A stretch of DNA of 64,000 nucleotides from assembly GCA_002269645.1 (NCBI GenBank), contig NIVC01001547.1, positions 124,001-188,000 on the forward strand, in the 5' to 3' direction. The stretch comes from Macrostomum lignano. Taxonomy: Eukaryota. The translations under genes were made by a program, and so were the position numbers. The notes under the pieces are model-generated. The model worked only from the letters and a program-made list of their open reading frames with translations. It had not been told where the DNA came from and did not search any database. Within the stretch, counting starts at the first letter, position 1. Every line of letters begins with the position of its first letter. Shown piece by piece: positions 42,001 through 55,000 of the stretch.

Positions 42001-43318
42001 CAGGATGTCCCGCCGATACCGAGATGGCAGCCTGAGGATTTTTGAGCCATTGTACGAAGATTAATTGCAACATGTGGCAATGAAGTTGAGAAGGTTTGAC
42101 ACCACATTTAGCAGTTCTCACTCAAGGTTGTCATTTTCCGACTTGATCAGCGCCAGCAGTTTCCGCAAAGCTTGCAGGTGTGGCCTATCTGAAATAGCTG
42201 CGAGACCAGTTTAGCACTTCAGAGGCTGTGGCCATTCTACAGGATTTGGCTGACCAAATTCACCATGCGCTAAGAGCCGCGAACCGGCCCACAGCGACCC
42301 GAGTTTTGGAGGAAGAGTTTTGATGGTTCTTTGTGCAAATCGATGGCCACCCTACCGATACCTGCCTGCACCCTGCAGTTTCATGTAATTTGACTTTATA
42401 CAAACTTTTAACTTTGTTAATAAGCATGCGCTTAATCAACTATTTTTACTACGATTGCTATTAATATTTGTTGTTCAGAGATCTATTTGGCTGAGTTGCC
42501 TTCTTTTAGAACTCTTTGAACTATTGCTTATTGTTTATATGAATTGTAGTTCTATTGTTTATTACTTACCTGAACTTTTGTTTATTAATGCTATTACTTA
42601 TTGCTAACCTGAATTCCTTAGTGCTATAGTGTAAATTGCTTATATGAACTTTACTATTAGTGTTTTCTTTAAAGCCTGGACTATTGCTTATATGTAATTT
42701 TTCTTTGAACTATTGCCTAAATGAACTTTTGCTCTATTATCTACTGCTTGTTTGGTGCTGTAATTGTTGTGCTTCTCTTATCAATTTTTCACTGCATTTT
42801 ATTTTTTTGTCGAAATTGATATTCAAAGGAGGAATGTTAAGGCAGTGCTTATAGTTATTACTTGTTAAGTCAAGTTTGTGCAAAACGCTAAAAATTAGAA
42901 ACATTTTGTTATACTGTACAAATAAATTGATCAGTTATTCTTTGTTTAAATGCGTAGAATAAATTTTGCTATTTATACGAGCAATTTTGCCTCAAATAAA
43001 ACCAACCCGTTCAAGAGCGAAAAGCCTCTAATAGTGGTTCAAAAATAAATACTCAGAATTTGAAATTGTTAGTTATTTCAAAGCTTGGGTTGAGAATGAG
43101 CACGAAAGAGATTGTAGGAAGAGAGAATTAAAAGACTATTCAAAAGAGATACTAAGAGTTGCACTATGACCCTCTAATCTTGGTGAACGCCTATTAGGAC
43201 TGACTAAATTCATGTATCAGTATTAGACTGCTCAGGCCAGAAAGCTACCAGAACGCTACCTGAAAGCTACCAGAATGCTACCTGAAAGCTACTAGAAAGC
43301 TACCAGAATGCTACCCAG
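39075..43318 (+). mobile_element. 5'-truncated, decayed Gypsy/Ty3 retrotransposon: integrase, 3' region, PPT and start of the 3' LTR
   Basis: Integrase in broken frames at ~39350-40700: HHCC zinc finger (LHNSPLAGHLGRDKT...CILC), HIDLIGP, HTDNGKTF, TTPYHAQSNGLVERFN and a GPY/F-like tail (LLVHRNNLTP), with stops and frameshifts. Polypurine tract aaaggaggaa at 42825-42834 is directly followed by TGTTAAGG at 42835. No RT or RNase H seen. Confidence 0.85.
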
Positions 43319-44343
43319 TGTTGCAGGCGGATGCCACTTAAGTGAACGTGACTTGTGACATTTTTGGTGACTAATTTTGACTATCTAAGTGATGTTCTGT
43401 TTCTCGATTTTCCTTAGCTTGGTTTGAGTCCAGCCTTCCCCCAGTTGGACTTTGTCCATCAGTTTTGTTTAAAGTATATTCCACGCGATGCTTATGCATG
43501 CCCTTATGCTGAAAGCTTTTGTTAAAACGAGCTCTTTACGATAAATTTTGCGTGAAATCCATGATATGAATTGTGTGCATCCATCACCCAGTCCAGCCGT
43601 TGCTCCATTGGGAGAATTATTTTTGCTGGCTATTTAAACCCCTTATTTTTTGAGTGAAATTGTTTTTCTCCTTTCCCTTTTCTTGCCTTTCCAATCTGTT
43701 CTGCAAAATCTGTTCATGTTTATCCGGCGCACCTAGTTTGTTTTAAATCGCTATTGCATTCAGCACCAAGGCACTGCCTGCAACCATCATCTTCGTCTAC
43801 AATAATATTAATTACTCTTGCCTGCTCAACAATAAATAATAATAATGTTAACCAATAATAAATCCATACTTATTTGTTGATCTCTAAGCCATAGCATTTT
43901 ATTGAGTCATTTGCCCGTGGGGCATAAAATAACCAAAGTTCTTATCTCAAAGAAAGCTCTGAGACTTATTCCTTCCATAATACGTAAATTATGGTGGTGG
44001 CAGCAACTACCCTACTGAAGGTAACAAACTCAGCAACTCGATGCATTAGTTTACAATGTCAAAATCTCTAGTGTTTCATTGCTTTGAACGACCGTGTCGC
44101 TATACGACTGCTCTGCTATGATTACGACTACCCTCCCCCAGACTTGAGAACCCGGCAGTCGGAGTAAAAGGAGAAACTTTTCCCATTGAGATTTAACTGC
44201 GCAATTTTTTTTCCAGTTTTATTCGTGCAAACTTGACGTCAGTGGCAATCCAAATGTGGAATATACGGGTCCCACCTCACTGGTGTTAGCAAACTTCAAA
44301 ACCAACCGTTCCAAGAAAACTTTTTCTCCACCCTTTTTCTTCA
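43319..44343 (+). mobile_element. Solo-LTR-type insertion, 1025 bp
   Basis: Starts TGTTGCAGG and ends CTTCA. Flanks ccag/ctag (4-bp TSD, one C>T). The 3' half is homologous to 2520-2952. Confidence 0.78.
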
Positions 44344-45458
44344 CTAGAAATATTTAAATGAAATTCTAAGAAACAGCTAAAAGATATTATAATACGAGTC
44401 CAATCATGACAGCTTCGTGGCAGTTTGTAGAATATTTATAGAGTAAGAAGAAGTACACCTGTTACAACTTTGGTGGCAATTAGTGGGATAGTTGGAGGAC
44501 AGAAGCGAGCCCAACGACAACATTGGTATTAGCAGTGGGATAATTTCAGTAAGAACTAAGGGCCTACTAGTCTACTACAAAAGGTAAATTTTAAATTTTT
44601 GCTTAGCTGCTGGCTTTGCTTAGAATTAGAATGACCAAATGACCCAAAGATTGAGGCAAATGAGACTTGACATGGATCCATATGGATAAAATTGGAATTA
44701 TCATCAGGGGCCATAGGGATAAGCACTTTCATTGCAAAAATGAGTATTAAGTAGGCCTAATTATACATTTTATTCAGGCTTCTTGAAGTTTATGTTGATA
44801 AAATAGTTGCAATTTTGATAGGAATTAGGAATTAGGAATTTGATAGGAAACATAAACTTCAAGAAGCCCTTTTATTCTCAATGCTAGAAAGGTAGGCCTA
44901 TGCTATGGTTTGCCAATATTTTTCAAAGTATGCTACAAGATAGGAATGACCCATGTATATATAAACTTTTAAAATAGGTCCTATACTATACTAAGGTGGA
45001 ATTCTTCCTTAAAACAAATAATGAGTTTTGTAAAAACTAAAGAAATTAAACAGACAGATAGGCCCTACATAAAATTTCATTAATTTAAAAATATAATAAT
45101 ATTGCACAATACAATACTATTGACCATTTCTTTAAAGCCAAAACCTAGTAGGCTTAAGCAAAGCCCTAAGTATACTTTAGTGTAGCTGCGCGGCGGCGGC
45201 TATAGCTGAGTCCTTGGACTCCCGATCGGTAAAAAATTAATGAAAGGGCGTAGTGCAGCTTTTTTACAGTAAACAATTCTTGTTAGGGCTATAAATCGGT
45301 TAAAATAAAACTGTATAATTTTGAAAACATTAACTACATTTTTTGAATGAATTAAAAAGGGTCCTAACTAGCTACTTTGTTATATCTATATGAAGTTTTA
45401 ACAACTTTTTCGAAGAAGAAGATATATACATCAATTTTTTTTGCACTTATGACTATAG

Positions 45459-46465
45459 TGAGGTGGGGGTGGAGAAGTTTTCTTGGAAATTGGTGGGTTA
45501 TTTTAAATTAGTTGCTGACACCAGTGAGGTGGGGCGGATTCCTCGTATGAATTGCCGCCGGCGTTGTTGGAACACGAATAAAGCCGGAAAATCGCGCAGA
45601 CGAATCACCACGAATTTCTTCTCCTTTTACTCCGACAGCCGGGGTCCTCAAATTCCGGGGGGAGGGTAGTCGTAATCGTAGCAGAGCGGTCGTTAGAGCG
45701 GCACGGTCGTTCAGATGGTAGACACCGGAGATTGACACCGTAAAGTAATGTGTCGATTTGCAGAGCTGATTACTGTCAGTAGGGTAGTTGCTGCCACCAC
45801 CGTAATTTACGTATTACGGAACGTTTAATGATCTCAGAGCTTTCTTTGAGATGAGATTTCGGTTATTTACGCCCCACGGGCAAAGGATTCAAGATAGGCT
45901 ATGGCTTAAGTCAACGGAATAAATATTAAGTGTTAATTTGTTGTTATTTATTAAAGTAATTATGGTTATTAATTTTAAAGCAGGTTATTTATGGATTAAT
46001 GAGTAATATAATGACGATAATGAATACATGGGCGCCGGTGCGCTAATAAACTAATAAATTAATGAACTGTAGAGATAAACAGACAAGATAGTGAGGGAGC
46101 GATCGCGCAAGAAGAAAGTTAGAAAAATTGGCAACTGAGCATGAGTAGTTTATATAAGCAAAAGTAAGGCAACGTCCAAAGCATGGGGGAAAGATTAGCC
46201 AACAAGGGGGCCATTCAATGGTTAAAGGAGAAATTACACAGAAAATATATAATGAACCGCTTAATTCCAACTAATGAAAAGGTTGTTAGCCAACGATGGG
46301 AAACTGAATAGCAACGGTGGGTCCACACTCGGGGCCAACAAGAGGAGGGGGTGATGTCAAATAACAATGGTTGGCCGCACGGATTGGTATTCACGAAAAA
46401 AAACACGGGCGCGCATTCAAAATGAAAAAAAAATTAAATAGTGGCACGGCAACCCCACTGCCACA
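45459..46465 (-). mobile_element. Solo-LTR-type insertion, 1007 bp, the most CpG-rich copy
   Basis: The minus strand starts TGTGGCAG and ends CCACCTCA. Plus-strand flanks are atag/ataa. The 3' half is homologous to the other copies. Confidence 0.8.
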
Positions 46466-47777
46466 ATAAGTGCTCTAGGCCTAATAACTGTTGCAGCGTT
46501 GCTTAGCCCTAGCTTATTAAATATGGTTTATCGTTTGATTTATTAGTAGCAAAATTCTACAAAACACTAATTGCATCCCGTATATAGGCTTGTCACATAC
46601 AAACAGTGATATATACTTTATCAGTTTATCCTGTCTTGGGTATTAGCGGTTATCATGGATATATCAATTTAAATCGTAAAACAGCTCATATGCCCTGCTT
46701 TTTATTATGCTTTAAATAGCTCGCCTAATTGATTGTATTTCATGGTTTTAGTTAGGCCCCTAGTGCAAAAAATTAATATACATTTTAGTCTAGAGTTAGA
46801 CACGACACTCAAACTGCCAAGCCAAGTGCCAACATATGTGCAGTTATTAACTTATTATACCACTAGGCCTAAGAATTAGGCCCTATAGCACTAGGCCCTA
46901 TGTAATTCTGCTTTTCTTGAGTTTCTTGCTCTAAATTATTTTAACCCCCTTTAGAACTTTTCAGAGCCAGTCTTTCAAGTTTGCATTAGGCCTTGCCTAC
47001 TCAGGCAGGCCCAGGTCCCAGCTTAGGCCCTAGTAGTAGTGCAAGATATAGGACAGTTTGTTAACAGATGATATAGTAACATATTATTGCAATATACAAA
47101 CAAAATAGCTAAACCAGAGGCCTTTAGCTTTTCTCTATGAGATGTAATTAATCCTACAAAACCTAGCCATTTCTTGTATGGTTTATATATATGTTCATAC
47201 ATTATACATACATGTATATGGACATATAATCTATGAAACTATTGTTCTAATTTAGAAAAGGCTACCAAGGTATATATGTAGTGTTTATAATATTTATAAA
47301 ATTTTTGATATGCATTTAAACAATACATTAAATAACATAATTTGTAATAATTTAAAAGGTAAGGCCTAATACTAATATAATAGACAAGGCTACATTGCCA
47401 TGGGTTTTATTATAGAATAGACAAAGCCAAGAATTTTACATATGCATTGTATATCCGCATACATGCGCAACAGTCAGCCAAGTTGGCCGATTCAGCCAAC
47501 CAATTTGGCAACCAACCAAGGAAGTCGCAAAAATGCCCACCCGAATAAATACCTAAGTAGTACTAAGTAGCTGATGAGGTATTTTGGTGTAATAAGATAG
47601 TCATAGTTACTCCTGCTGTTTACCCACAGTTGCATTAATTTTGGTTTAGAGTTTTTTACATGTAAGTCACATTTTTGGCCAAAAACTGTCACATTTTTGT
47701 TAAAACTAAGTCACATGGCCGACCAAATTTTGTAGGTTGTGTATGTATGTATTCCTAACTAAATTTCTATGTGTGTA

Positions 47778-49483
47778 CAAAAGGAAGTCAAAAAGTATAA
47801 TAAATATTATTGTTCAAAGAGCAGAAAGCAATGTAAAGGCTTATTTCTCCATGAAATCTCTGTCCAGCTCTAGGCACTTCTTTATACAATGCCTCCATCG
47901 CTCCAGCCCCACCCTGAAGAAGTCAGGCAGCTAGGATATAAGCCACTGCTGGGGTGCTATTTTCACCCCCTCTTTGCTCAAATGTTGCACTCCTTTGATA
48001 GCTTCCTTCAACTTTGGAAACAGGAAGAAGTCTGATGGCGCAAGATCAGGGCTGTAAAGAGGGTAGGAGAGAATTTCCCAGTAGAGGTCGGACGGGATTG
48101 AAATCTTCGGGCGGGATCGGGATCGGGAATAATTTTTTTCTCGGGATCGGGATCGGGATTGGGATTTCGGGAATCGGGATCAGGTCTTTTAGTGTATTGT
48201 CCATGTAAAGTTAAACAAAATTGAGAAAAGATTGTCAAGATCAAGAAGTAAAACACAACGAAATTGATATAAAGTTTTGTAACCAACAAAGTAAATAATG
48301 TAACGAGTACAAGTTAAAGCAAAATACCTTCAAGTAATCACTAATTCTATAAATTATTTAATCAAAAGACCTGTTCCCGAATCTCGAGTTTTTTAGGGTC
48401 GGGATTCTTGTCCCGCGGGAATTCAATTTTCCTCAGGATCCCGAGATTTCGGGATCGGGATCGGGATCCCGTCCGATCTCTATTTCCCAGCAAAATTTGT
48501 GCAGGATGCCTTAATAGAGCCGTGAAGTGTGCGCCGGAGCATTGTTGTGGTGGAAAAGGATACGCCGGTGGAGCTTGCCAGGCCACTTCTTGGCTAATTC
48601 TGCGCGCAACTTTTGCAGCACACCTTCGTAGTAGGCGCCAGTGATCGTGCACCGCTCCTCTAGGAAGTCCACTAGAATGACTCCCTCGGCATCCCAGAAA
48701 ATGGTTGCCATGACCTTGGCCACAAAGCAGTCGGCCCGGAACTTTGGCCCAGCAGATCCTTGAGGCAGCCACTCTTTTGACTGGATTTTTTACTCTGGAT
48801 CGTACTGGTAGATCTAGGTTTCATCACCAGTCACAGACCATTCGAAAAAATTGTCAGCGTCAGTGTCCAGGTGATTGAGCAGGTTCGCTGCGCACTCGCT
48901 GTGCTGGGCTTTGTGCTCCGGGCGCAACGCCCGTGGCACCCAATGTGCACTCAGCTTGCTGAAGCCCAGATCCTCTGTCAGGATCAAATGGACACTGCCA
49001 TGGGAGATGCCCAGTTCCTTAGCAATAGCCTCGATGGTCACATGCCAGTCCTGCTCAACTTTTCGACACACGGCTGTAACCATCTCTGCTGTGCGCGCTG
49101 TGCTCGGTTGTCCACTGCAGTCAGCGTCTTCAATGGTCTCACAACCAGCCTTAAACTCCTGGATCCACCAATAAACGGTATGATTCGGTGGAGCAGCATC
49201 CCCGAAGACCTTCTGTAAAGCCTCGAGGATAGCAGCCGGCTTCCAACCCAACCGCGTTAAAAATTTCACGTTGGATTGCACTTCAAGTTTGAAATTTTCC
49301 ATTGCTGAAAGGGGGTACTGTGTTTGTACTTCTGCCAAGGTTGATCTGTATATCCAAACAGAACGAAAAAGTATTAAAATAAAAAACAAAAGATACTTTT
49401 GCAAATGAAAAATGTCTGGGTTCAACATTTATTTTCTGCTTTGTGCAGGAGCAAAATTATCATTACTTTTTGACTTCCCCTTG
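47778..49483 (-). mobile_element. Full-length decayed mariner (Tc1/mariner) element, ~1.3 kb plus an inserted MITE
   Basis: TA target sites at 47776-77 and 49484-85, and TIRs CAA(A/G)(A/G)GGAAGTCAAAAAGTA. Transposase motifs WVPRAL, TGDET*(W), HHNNAPAH, YSPDLAPSDFFLFPKLKE and a C-terminal ..KKCLELDRDFMEK*. Contains stops and frameshifts. Confidence 0.93.
48082..48482. mobile_element. hAT-type MITE (401 bp) inserted into the mariner transposase
   Basis: Exact 8-bp TSD TTTCCCAG (48074-81, 48483-90), TIRs TAGAG(G/A)TCGGACGGGAT and subterminal GGGATC repeats. Removing it restores ..HKFCWEILSYPLYSPDL. Confidence 0.92.
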
Positions 49484-51250
49484 TACATTAATTATTTTTA
49501 GAATTGGTGCTGCCAACAAGTATTCATTGTGATATTGCAGTTACAATTTTAGCACTGCAAGCACTTGTTTTAGTGCTGCATTTTAAGCATAGTTTTGGTA
49601 CTGAAGGCATTTTTTTGCTCTAAAGTAAAATTATTGATTTCTATAATAGGTCAACAAATTAAAGGCACTAGAATGTCCCTTATAGCTTTTATTGGCTAGG
49701 GGACATATCCCTCTGTCCCCCTGGTGGCAATATTCCTAATAGTAAAATAACAAACGACTACTACAACTTTTGTTTGCATCAATTCAGTAGATTGATTAGG
49801 TGACACATGCAAAGATAAAACATTTTATAGTATGTTGCCCTGAATATAAGTATGCTAGATTGGGTCCCAAAATGATGCAGCTTGTATATAAAATAAGCAA
49901 CTTGACATGTCATTTCAGCCTATTGACCTTAATCTAAAAAGAACTACAAATGACCCTTTATTTAAATGTATAAATATAACAACAAAGTTGATGACAAAAT
50001 CAATGTAAAAACAATAAAATATGAAAAGTTTTGAGTAATAACTCTTCTTCTTATAGACAAAATGAACTTTCTTTTTTTTAAAATGTGTCACTAAATTGTT
50101 TAAATTTATCACCAAAACATCATAAGTTGTCACTAAAAAGGCTATCATTGAAATATCATGTCACTAAAATGTCTAGGGACCCATTACAAAATAACATTTT
50201 TAACTTGTTATTAAATAGGTCATAACATATTATTAAACTTTTTCGATTACCAAATTGTCTGTTATTAAATAAACTATCCTGTTTTTGTAGTGCATTATCC
50301 AGTAAAGGATATTGCTATTCCTCAAGTACCATTCGAGGAAAGCTTAGTGCCACATCAATTCCTATAGGTACATTTTGAACAAATTGTTGCTGAATCCATC
50401 TATCTATCCATCACATGGCTTCATTGACATTGGGCACCAGGGCAACTAATTTTTGATGTTTATATTGAGGTTGCATAGTATAATATTATTAATGACTTTA
50501 ATTCTAAGAACAAATTGCAGCGCTCAAAGTTGGCCAGCCATACTTAAGACTTAGCAGCAACTAAGTAGTTCAAAAAGAAGGTTAAAAAGTTTAGAGTGGG
50601 AAACTAAAAGATTGCTTGATTGACTTTGTTTTTGCCTTTGGATACCATATGCCTATCAAACCCATCTATCAAACAAAGCTCTATTTATGCTTATCACTTA
50701 GACAAAATTGAATCTTAGATTTTGTCATAGATATAAAACTCTTAAATTTTGATATTTCAAAAATGTCTATAGCTCCAACCACTTGCTAAAATATTTAGGT
50801 CTTCCATGCAAGTTGGTTTAGATTCTTCTTGCATTTAAGATTATAAATACCCCCCCCCCAAAGTCTTGTAAAATTTCTATAAAAATGTTTATAAATAATA
50901 AAATGATTATTGTTAGATTCTTATTACTATTAAATTTAAGACAATTATTTGATTAAATTGTAATAAGTAAAATCAAGACACAATCACTACATAATGAAAG
51001 ACACAAAATTTTTTATCTAATATCAAAATTGTATTATTATAAAGTTTAGCATGATTTGTCAAGTCTATTAACAAGAATCTGCACTGCAAATTTTACCCTA
51101 GATTGGCTCTTGGTTAGACAAATCAGTTTGAATTAAAAGGAAAAAATGAATCAATAAAATATCAAACACAATGAAATAGCAAATTTAAAAAAACAAATGG
51201 AATTTCAATGATGCAATCCATTGCACAAATGTTAATACTATACACTTCAG

Positions 51251-51931
51251 ATGCAGAAGTCTTCATCATTCCAAACTCGCCATACCCAGCTACCAGATTT
51301 GTTAGCTTGGCGCGGTGCCAGGATTCTGTTTTACCAACCTACCAGGCGGGCCTATCTGCCTGGCATTATCAGGGACTTCTCAGCTGATCATGCTGTAATT
51401 GAGCCAGATGATGGACAGCCTGCCAGCTGCCTTCTGAACATCCCCATCAGCTCCATCATTGCTGATGCGGTTCCTCAGTCTGCTCAGCTAGCCGAATCTG
51501 GCACCCCAGTCTGCGTGACAGCTTCTGCAGTTTCCACAGCGGCTTCGATAGCTTCTTCTTCGTCTGCAAAGTCAACCGATGACAATCGCGGTGTCTACCT
51601 GCCCGGCCGGGTGCGTCACCAGCAGGGAGCCGGTGGATCCGGCCGGTGAGCGTCCATCTGGATTGCCCTCAACAAGCCGGCGATGCAGAAGAACTAATTG
51701 TGTCCGTGCACCGGTCCCAGCTGCGGCTGCTGCAGCCGCCCTGGCAAGAGGAGTTGCTGGCCTGGGGACTGGAAATGCAGCTGGAGGTGCGTGCTGGCTG
51801 TTGGCTTTGTGATTTGATTAATGTGTTAATTGATATGTTGGTTAGTCAGTTAGTTAGGTAGTTAGTGAGTCAGTTAGTTAGTTGGTTAGTCAGTTAGTTA
51901 CTCAGTTAGTTAGTTAGTTAGTTGGTTAGTC

Positions 51932-51970
<39 letters not shown>

Positions 51971-52015
51971 CAGTTAGTTAGCTAGTTAGTTAGTTAGTCA
52001 GTTGGTTAGTCAGTC

Positions 52016-52058
<43 letters not shown>

Positions 52059-55000
52059 CAGATAGTTAACTAGTCAGTTAGTTACTCAGTTAGTCAGTTA
52101 GTTAGTAATTTAGTTAGTTAGTCAGTTAGTTAGTTAGTCTGGTAGCTTTTTGCTCCAGAACTATCTATGCGAATATTGTATCTGTCATGTTTAAACACTA
52201 AGCAACTTAAAAAATCCCAATTTTCCAGATGCAGCAAGCCGTCTTGAACGCAGCCGCCGCGGCAGCTGCAGAGGACCCGGAGCCCAGCGCCAATCTTCTA
52301 GAAGAAGACTTCAACAGTGAAAACAACGCAGCCGAAGACGAGGAGCGCGGTAGCGACAGTCAAGAGCCAGACGTTGAAGTTGAAGAGTTCGATGATGCTC
52401 AATCTGATCACGTGACTACCGCGCCTGACGACTCGGACAATATTATAGTCGATGAGGCTCAGACTGAGGCTGCTGGACACGATGATCCAGTCGATGAAGA
52501 AGAACTCGAAGAAGAAGAAGCCGACGACAAGTCGATGCCGTGCTTGGAGGAGGCCGCCTCATCGGCTTCTGCAGCCTCCGCTCCTGGTTGCAGTACTCAG
52601 CGGCAGGCAGCTGCCAGGCTGCTGGACCACGGTCCCCTGCCGTCGATGCCTCTGCCGTTGCCCCTGCCGCTGCCGCCGCCGCCGCACATGTCCAAGTCGA
52701 TTCAGCAGCACCAGCCGCTGCCCTATCCGCTGCACCAGCACCATCATGCGGTTTCAGGTGACTTAATGCTTGCCTGATTCTTGGGCGCCAGTGTTGCATG
52801 TTCAGTCTGGGCCATCCGCTACCCTCACAGATGCTCTACAATCCTAGATCCGCTATCACTCTCCCAGATCCCCTCAGATCCTCTACAACCCTCCCAGATC
52901 CTCTGCCACCCACCCAGATCCTTTACCACCCTCCCAGATCCTCTACCACACTACGCTAGTGGTTGTAGCTCGTAGCTTAGTGTTTAGAGCGTCAGACTCA
53001 CAAATTGAAGGTCAGGGGTTCGATTCCCGACTCCACCGAAACAATTGGTGTCATTGGGCAAGACACTTAACTCTGCATTGCTTCAGTTCAGCTGTAAAAT
53101 GAGTGCCAGCATTAGCTGGGGTGATTGAGGGTGTGTGTGGCGACCCCCCCCCCCTCTATCCTTGGACTGAACAGCCGCACGCAACCTTCAGATGCGCCAC
53201 GCAATAGCTGCGGCTGAGCTGTCGGTTGCACATCTGCCCATTAGGGCAGGTGTAATCAATTATTATTAATATTATTATTAAAATCACCCTCCTAGATTCC
53301 TTAACACCATCTCAGGCCAACTGCAACTCTGCCATAGCAATTCCCAAACCATCAGCCAAAAGCAGCTGCCACCCGCCTCTCCCGTCCGTCAGACTCAGAC
53401 CCCAGCGCGGTCGCCAGCGGCAGCTCAGCATCGGCTGCTGCAGCGGCAGCGGCGGCCGCCCTGCAGAACAAGTACAAGAAAGGCGACATTGTCCGCACGC
53501 CGAGTGGCGTTCGCAAGAAGTTCAACGGCAAGCAGTGGCGCAGGCTGTGCAGCGCAGACGGTTGCAATAAAGAGTCGCAACGGCGAGGTTATTGCTCACG
53601 ACATCTGAGTCAGAAGGGCAAAGCTAGCAAGTGAGTTGTTTTTAACATTTTTTCTAGTGAGCCCTCAAGTACGAGCGTAAGATAATAAATACGAGGGGCA
53701 TACTGAAAGTTTTAAGATACAGCTGACTCATAAGTCACAACTGCACGAATTTTTATATACATACTCTGCGACCTTTAAGATAATTGAGTATTAATTTTCA
53801 GCCTTTGCGATCTTGTCAATTTTTCACAATCACTCTTTAAAGTCGATACCCCCTACCAAACTGTACTTGCTCCAATGGAGTTGACAAACCGCGACTTTCA
53901 TGCAATGATTGTTTACAACCAGCGAAAAGGTCTCACGTAGGAGCAGTGCGTTGAAAGTTTACACGCTGCCTTTGGAGACCAGCCTCTTCACGTGCCACAG
54001 TTTTTTGTTGGTACAGCGAATTTAAGTGAGGCCAAAGCCGCCTTGATGATGAACCTCAGACGGGACGTCCAGCTTCCGCTGTCACGGACGGAACCATCGC
54101 TGCTGTCCGGAGAATGATTGACGAGGACCGGCGAGTGACCTGTGCTGAGATCAGAAAGGCTCTCGGCATTCGATCGGCAGCGGACCATCCTGCACGACAA
54201 GCTGGGAGTCTCCGAGCGATGTGCCCGCTGGGTGCCCCACAGCCTGACGGAGGATCAGAAAGCGGAGAGGATGGGTTGGTGCGAGCTTATGCTCGTAAGA
54301 TTCGATTCTGGGACCTCGGAGTGATGCTGGGAGATCATCACAGGCGATGAGACCTGGGTCTGGCACCCTGCAATTTCTTTCTCTTCCCTTTGGTGAAGAT
54401 TAAGAACCAACTACGTGGGGACTCGGTTTGAGAGCCCTGAAGCAGCAAGAATCGAGTTCGAGCGGGTGGCGTCAGCAGTGCCAGAAGAACAGTGGGCTGG
54501 AGCCTGAACGCAGTAGTTTCACCGGATGAGGAAATGCGTGCAAGATGGTGACAGCTACTTTGAAAAATTGTGACAGAAATTTTGCTTCAGACATTTGTGG
54601 TTTCGGCGTATCTCTAAACTTTCAGTACGCCCTTCGTACGAATAGGAAAGCATATATTTATATAACTAAATATAACTGACTTCAAGTTCCGTCTCTTCTG
54701 TCTCAAGCCAGGTGTTGTCTATCAATTATGTTGATCACAGTGTTCCCTACATTATAGGGAAAACTAAACGACACCTGCACTCAACAGCAAGAGAACACAA
54801 AGATCAACATCACTTGTTAGTTTGCGACAACGATCCAATGCAACTGCTCAAGCTAGATCTTAGATGAATGCAAATACGACTTCAAGCTGAGATTTTTTAA
54901 GGCTTCGTACAAAAAATATGGCTTGTTTTGATGATTTGTGGAGATGAAAAAATAATATGTACTAAAGCGTTTTTATTCAATTTAAGATCCGGCAAACATC

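Noticed and set aside
51630-51660. Programmed -1 ribosomal frameshift, or use of the GTGAGC donor at 51646
   Set aside because: There is no X XXY YYZ slippery site, and the 51646 donor (phase 2) has no in-frame acceptor downstream.
52298-52975. Overlapping alternative-frame and antisense ORFs over GC-rich exons (also 58062-58811 and 62255-63239)
   Set aside because: These are shadow ORFs of real exons, expected from high GC content and codon bias.
52955-53030. Functional tRNA genes at the SINE heads (also 14910 and 58845)
   Set aside because: Only A/B-box remnants are present, without a complete cloverleaf, and they continue into shared SINE bodies.
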